Shown here: piece by piece, positions 60,117 to 64,000 of the stretch
How the letters are laid out: every line of letters starts with the position of its first letter
How positions within the stretch are numbered: the stretch's first letter is position 1
Assembly: GCA_963850905.1 (NCBI GenBank)
Contig: CAWKMU010000004.1
Location: forward strand, 576,001 to 640,000
DNA from: an uncultured Gemmatimonadales bacterium
GTDB taxonomy: Bacteria; Gemmatimonadota; Gemmatimonadetes; Gemmatimonadales; Gemmatimonadaceae
Reading direction: 5' to 3'
DNA length: 64,000 bases
Position numbers and translations under genes: made by a program
Notes under the pieces: model-generated
The model's database searches: none
The model's input: only the letters and a program-made list of their open reading frames with translations
Told to the model about the DNA's origin: nothing

Positions 60117-60647
60117 ATGGTGTACGCCACGATGACTCCAACCGCGCCGGTGTTCGGTTTGCGGCGCGAGATCGACAGGTTGTTCGAGGATGCGTTCCGA
60201 CTCGGGCACACGGGACGGGGTGACTGGAGCCCGGCCGTCAATGTCCGCGAGCTCGATCAAGAGTTGATTTTTACCATCGAAATTCCTGGCATGGTGGAGA
60301 AGCACGTCGAGGTAACGACGGAGAATGGGGTATTGACGGTGCGCGGCGAGCGGACCGAGGAGCGACTGGAGGCAGAGGATGGGCGCTATCACCTCGCTGA
60401 GCGCAGTTACGGGTCGTTTGTCCGCAGATTCCAACTGCCCCAAGGCGTCATGAACGAGGAGATCAAGGCCGACGTCGAGAACGGTCTGCTCACCATCCAT
60501 GTCCGGAAAGCGGCGCTGCCGCAGGCAAAGCAGATCAACATCACCGCGGGCATGAACGCGAGTAAGCACCCGCAGAAGGTCTTGGCTGATGTCGGGAGCC
60601 CCGTGGAGGCACCGACGAAGGCGAGCGGGACACTCCAGCCGAAGTAA
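60117..60647 (+). CDS. Hsp20/alpha-crystallin small heat shock protein
   Basis: LRREIDRLF, WSPAVNV, EIPGM, ERSYGSFVRRFQLP, NGLLTI. Confidence 0.95.
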   Translation: MVYATMTPTAPVFGLRREIDRLFEDAFRLGHTGRGDWSPAVNVRELDQELIFTIEIPGMVEKHVEVTTENGVLTVRGERTEERLEAEDGRYHLAERSYGSFVRRFQLPQGVMNEEIKADVENGLLTIHVRKAALPQAKQINITAGMNASKHPQKVLADVGSPVEAPTKASGTLQPK

Positions 60648-60834
60648 ACGCCGGCCGCTGTGTCGACCCCGCCACTCGGCCCAGATGGTGGAACGGCGCA
60701 GGCTCCTTAGCCTGCGCCGTAGTATTTGCGGTGGTCCCCAATGGGTGACGGACAGCAACCAACGTCGCTACGCGCACCCACATGCCGACATCTACCCGCT
60801 GCGATCGACCTGCACCGCAGTCTGAAGTGCGTTG

Positions 60835-61653
60835 TCACGGCGAGGGGTCGCTGGGGCGCGTCGCCACCGCCCCAGGCACCGGACGCTGTCCCGGGTTGAG
60901 CAGGGCCGAGACACCCCCGAGCAGCTCGAGCGGCAGCGGGAACACGATGGTGGTGTTCTTCTCTGTCCCGATCTCGATCAGGGTCTGGAGATACCGCAGC
61001 GTGATGGCCGCTGGCTCCCGGTTCAACACCGCAGCCGCCTCCGCCAGCTTCGCGGACGCTTGGAACTCGCCTTCGGCCGCGATGATCTTGGCCCGTCGTT
61101 CGCGTTCCGCCTCGGCCTGGGCCGCAATGGCCCGCTGCATGTCCTGCGGCAAGTCCACTTGCTTCACCTGGACCTGTGTGACCTTGACGCCCCACGCCTC
61201 GGTGTGTTCGTCGAGGATCGCCTGTAGTCGGACGTTCAACTTTTCACGCTGTGAGAGGAGATCGTCCAACTCGACCTCCCCAAGTACCGAACGCAGCCCG
61301 GTTTGAGCCGCCTGTTCGACCGCATAGCGATAGCTTTCTACTTCGACGACTGCTCGTGTGGCGTTGGTTACCCGGAAGTAGACAACAGCATTCACCTTCA
61401 ATGACACGTTGTCCCGTGTGATGATGTCCTGCGGCGGTACCTCCCAGGTCACGACGCGGAGCGACACGCCGACGATCTTGTCGATCGGCCAAAGGATAAG
61501 GACGACGCCCGGCCCCTTCTCCTTTTGGAGTACCCGACCCAGCCGGAACACGACCGCCCGTTCGTATTCGCGGAAGATGTTCAGGCACTTGAATATCCAG
61601 GTCAGAAAAAGGAAGACGACAAACGCAAGCGGCGCAAGCACCGTGATGTCCAT
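60835..61653 (-). CDS. SPFH/band 7 (stomatin-like) protein
   Basis: [39 protein letters not shown]. Confidence 0.95.
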   Translation of the reverse strand: MDITVLAPLAFVVFLFLTWIFKCLNIFREYERAVVFRLGRVLQKEKGPGVVLILWPIDKIVGVSLRVVTWEVPPQDIITRDNVSLKVNAVVYFRVTNATRAVVEVESYRYAVEQAAQTGLRSVLGEVELDDLLSQREKLNVRLQAILDEHTEAWGVKVTQVQVKQVDLPQDMQRAIAAQAEAERERRAKIIAAEGEFQASAKLAEAAAVLNREPAAITLRYLQTLIEIGTEKNTTIVFPLPLELLGGVSALLNPGQRPVPGAVATRPSDPSP

Positions 61654-61777
61654 AGCGATTCTCCGTTGCTCCTCAGGATGACCGGCGAATGTCGCGACAA
61701 CGATCAGTTCCCCTTTCAGGATCAAACGTGGCTAACGGGATGGCGGAGCGCCATGCAGACGGGAGGCCGTAACTGGT

Positions 61778-62821
61778 ATGCGTAGGCCCTTCCTCGGATT
61801 TAGATCGCGGTCCCTGTTCCCAACGAACGCGATTGCCGTTGATCTCGGCACAGCGAATACGCTCATCTACGTGAAGGGCGAGGGCATCGTGCTCAACGAG
61901 CCGTCGGTCGTGGCGCTCGATCGCGAGTCCAGGAAGATCAAGGCCGTCGGGCTCGACGCCAAACGCATGCTCGGCCGCACCCCGGCTGGCGTGCTCGCCG
62001 TGCGACCCATGAAGGACGGCGTGATCGCCGACTTCGACGTCACCGAGCAGATGCTCCGCCACTTCCTGACGCTCGTCATTGGAAACCACGTATTAAAGAG
62101 AAAGCCTCGCGTCGTTGTGTGCGTCCCATCAGGAATTACGGAGGTGGAACGGCGTGCGGTCCGCGACGCTGCCCTCGGCGCCGGCGCGAGCGACGTGTTC
62201 ATGGTTGCCGAACCAATGGCCGCGGCGATCGGCGTCGGCCTCCCGGTGGAGACGCCGACCGGCAACATGGTGATCGACATCGGGGGTGGCACGACCGAGA
62301 TTGCGGTCATCGCGCTGTCCGGCATTGTCAGCAACACGTCGATCCGCGCAGGCGGCGATGAGCTCGACACGTCGATCGTGCAGTTCGTGCGCAGGAACTA
62401 CAACTTACTGATCGGCGAGCCCACAGCCGAGCTGATCAAGATGCAGATCGGATCGGCGGTGCCGGTGGGCGAAGAGCAGACGATGGAGGTCAAGGGGCGC
62501 GACCTCGTCTCGGGCATCCCGAAGACCGTCACTGTCCATTCCGCGGAAATCCGCGAGGCGATCCAGGAGTCGATTCAACAGATCGTCGACGCCGTCCGGC
62601 GCGCGCTCGAGATCACGCCGCCCGAGCTCGCGAGCGACATTGTCGATCGCGGAATGGTCTTGACCGGCGGCGGGGCATTGATCCGCGGGCTAGACCTGCT
62701 CCTGAGCCAGGAGACGAGCCTGCCGATCCACGTCGACGAGGACCCTCTGACGTGTGTCGTTCGCGGCGCTGGTCGCATACTGGACGACGAAGACAAGTAC
62801 TGGTCTCTTCTGAGCACTTGA
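61778..62821 (+). CDS. mreB: MreB-family actin homolog
   Basis: [40 protein letters not shown]. Confidence 0.95.
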   Translation: MRRPFLGFRSRSLFPTNAIAVDLGTANTLIYVKGEGIVLNEPSVVALDRESRKIKAVGLDAKRMLGRTPAGVLAVRPMKDGVIADFDVTEQMLRHFLTLVIGNHVLKRKPRVVVCVPSGITEVERRAVRDAALGAGASDVFMVAEPMAAAIGVGLPVETPTGNMVIDIGGGTTEIAVIALSGIVSNTSIRAGGDELDTSIVQFVRRNYNLLIGEPTAELIKMQIGSAVPVGEEQTMEVKGRDLVSGIPKTVTVHSAEIREAIQESIQQIVDAVRRALEITPPELASDIVDRGMVLTGGGALIRGLDLLLSQETSLPIHVDEDPLTCVVRGAGRILDDEDKYWSLLST

Positions 62822-62945
62822 ACCCTGAGCGTGCGTGGCCGCCAGAAGAATCGCAGGCATCGTGTCATTCCTCTTCGACTGCGATGGTCTTCAGGGCCTC
62901 AGGCAGTTCCGTTCCGACCCGGAATTCGCGACGTTGATGCGCGCT

Positions 62946-63452
62946 TCAGCCCGATCGTCGCGCGCGGACCTTAGCGAGCGTCCGAGTCCAGACCAGTTGC
63001 CACAGCGAGGCGCGCCGCGGCGGTCGGGCATTGCGCGTTGGCTCTCGCCCCGGATCTCCGAAGTGCTGTAATCGTGGCAAGCTGTCCATGGCGATTGCAC
63101 GCTGCGCGAGATAGTGCTCCAGAAGGGCGGCCTCCGCTCGTCGATGCCCGGTAGCCGGCTCGCCAGGGACCGCGGAGTCAGCCGCCGCGGCGGCATCCGA
63201 ATGACCCCGGTGAAAGAGTGTATCAATTGCATCGAGCGACGCGGCGGCTCGGCTGGCCTCGTCTTCGCCTCGGGCCAGCGCTCGCGTCAACACACCGAGC
63301 TCTTCGATCTCAGCCGGCGACCACGGGACGCGCCCGCGAGGCGGAAGGCTCAGATTCGGGAGAGCCGCCACGTATCCCTGCAGACGGATGGACAGATAGC
63401 GAAGGTCCCCTGCTGCTTCGCTCCATGCTCTGCGGTCGGCGGGCGACATCAC
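62946..63452 (-). CDS. Hypothetical protein
   Basis: Helical ORF between mreB and groEL; no recognised family. Confidence 0.45.
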   Translation of the reverse strand: MMSPADRRAWSEAAGDLRYLSIRLQGYVAALPNLSLPPRGRVPWSPAEIEELGVLTRALARGEDEASRAAASLDAIDTLFHRGHSDAAAAADSAVPGEPATGHRRAEAALLEHYLAQRAIAMDSLPRLQHFGDPGREPTRNARPPRRASLWQLVWTRTLAKVRARRSG

Positions 63453-63623
63453 GACCGAACGGGACGCAGGGTCCGCATAGTGATCTGCTCATCTGAGGTG
63501 CGAGACATCGACAACCTACGAGAGTCCATCCTCTCTATTGCAGAATAGCACAATGCGCGCGTGTGGGCTCGACAACGTGGCGCAACTGACTCCGGCATGG
63601 TACGGTCGTGTGGGGACAAGGGA

Positions 63624-63653
63624 AGACGGGGGCCGGTAACCGGGCCCCCGTCT
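63624..63653 (-). terminator. Hairpin downstream of groEL
   Basis: AGACGGGGGCC/GGCCCCCGTCT stem; only a weak U-tract. Confidence 0.65.
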
Positions 63654-63677
63654 CAACTATCGCGCTGAGCACATTTC

Positions 63678-64000
63678 TTAGTACATCCCGCCCATGCCGC
63701 CGCCCGACGCGTTGCCGACTGCCGCACCCTTCTCCTCTTTTTTCTCGACTACGATCGCCTCGGTCGTCAGCAGGAGACCGGCAATCGATGCCGCGTTCTG
63801 GAGCGCCGTGCGGGCCACCTTTGTCGGGTCGATCACGCCGGCCACGACGAGGTCCTCATAGCTGTCGGTCTGTGCGTTGTATCCATAGTTGTTGTCTTTG
63901 GACGCGCGGACTTTCTCGACCACGATGGAGCCTTCCTCGCCAGCATTCTGCACGATTATGCGGATCGGCTCTTCGATGGCGCGCCGTACGATGTCCACAC
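63678..64000 (-). CDS. groL: Chaperonin GroEL (C-terminal part; 5' end outside window)
   Basis: [27 protein letters not shown]...GGMGGMY. Confidence 0.97.
   Translation of the reverse strand, partial: VDIVRRAIEEPIRIIVQNAGEEGSIVVEKVRASKDNNYGYNAQTDSYEDLVVAGVIDPTKVARTALQNAASIAGLLLTTEAIVVEKKEEKGAAVGNASGGGMGGMY

Overview
High-GC bacterial chromosomal region; the protein repertoire resembles Gemmatimonadota, which is an inference from gene style and not a taxonomic assignment. I saw no rRNA, tRNA, CRISPR array or intact transposase. The window is a dense accessory stress/redox region. (i) A pseudo-receiver + KaiC-like ATPase + GAF histidine kinase operon next to general-stress genes. (ii) A short ModE regulator divergent from a porin with a clear ModE box. 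(iii) A DsbA/FrnE-like gene with an in-frame UGA at the first Cys position of CxxC and a SECIS-like hairpin, i.e. a probable selenoprotein missed by the ORF track. (iv) An ECF sigma/anti-sigma pair flanked by two cupredoxins, with mirror-image promoters. (v) A DosR-like low-oxygen block: 3 USPs, a PNPOx-like protein, a heme-PAS kinase, a NarL regulator, phosphoketolase, acetate kinase and a BON protein, running into a cytochrome c / Cyc2-like cytochrome-porin / Tat-DsrE module, with a shared 17-bp palindrome in several promoters. (vi) A signal-peptide-bearing Hcp-like orphan. (vii) A CarH/LitR-type B12 regulator divergent from hsp20, followed by SPFH, an orphan mreB and groEL. Four single-base frameshifts all fall at GATGC/GCATC, suggesting methylation-linked sequencing errors.
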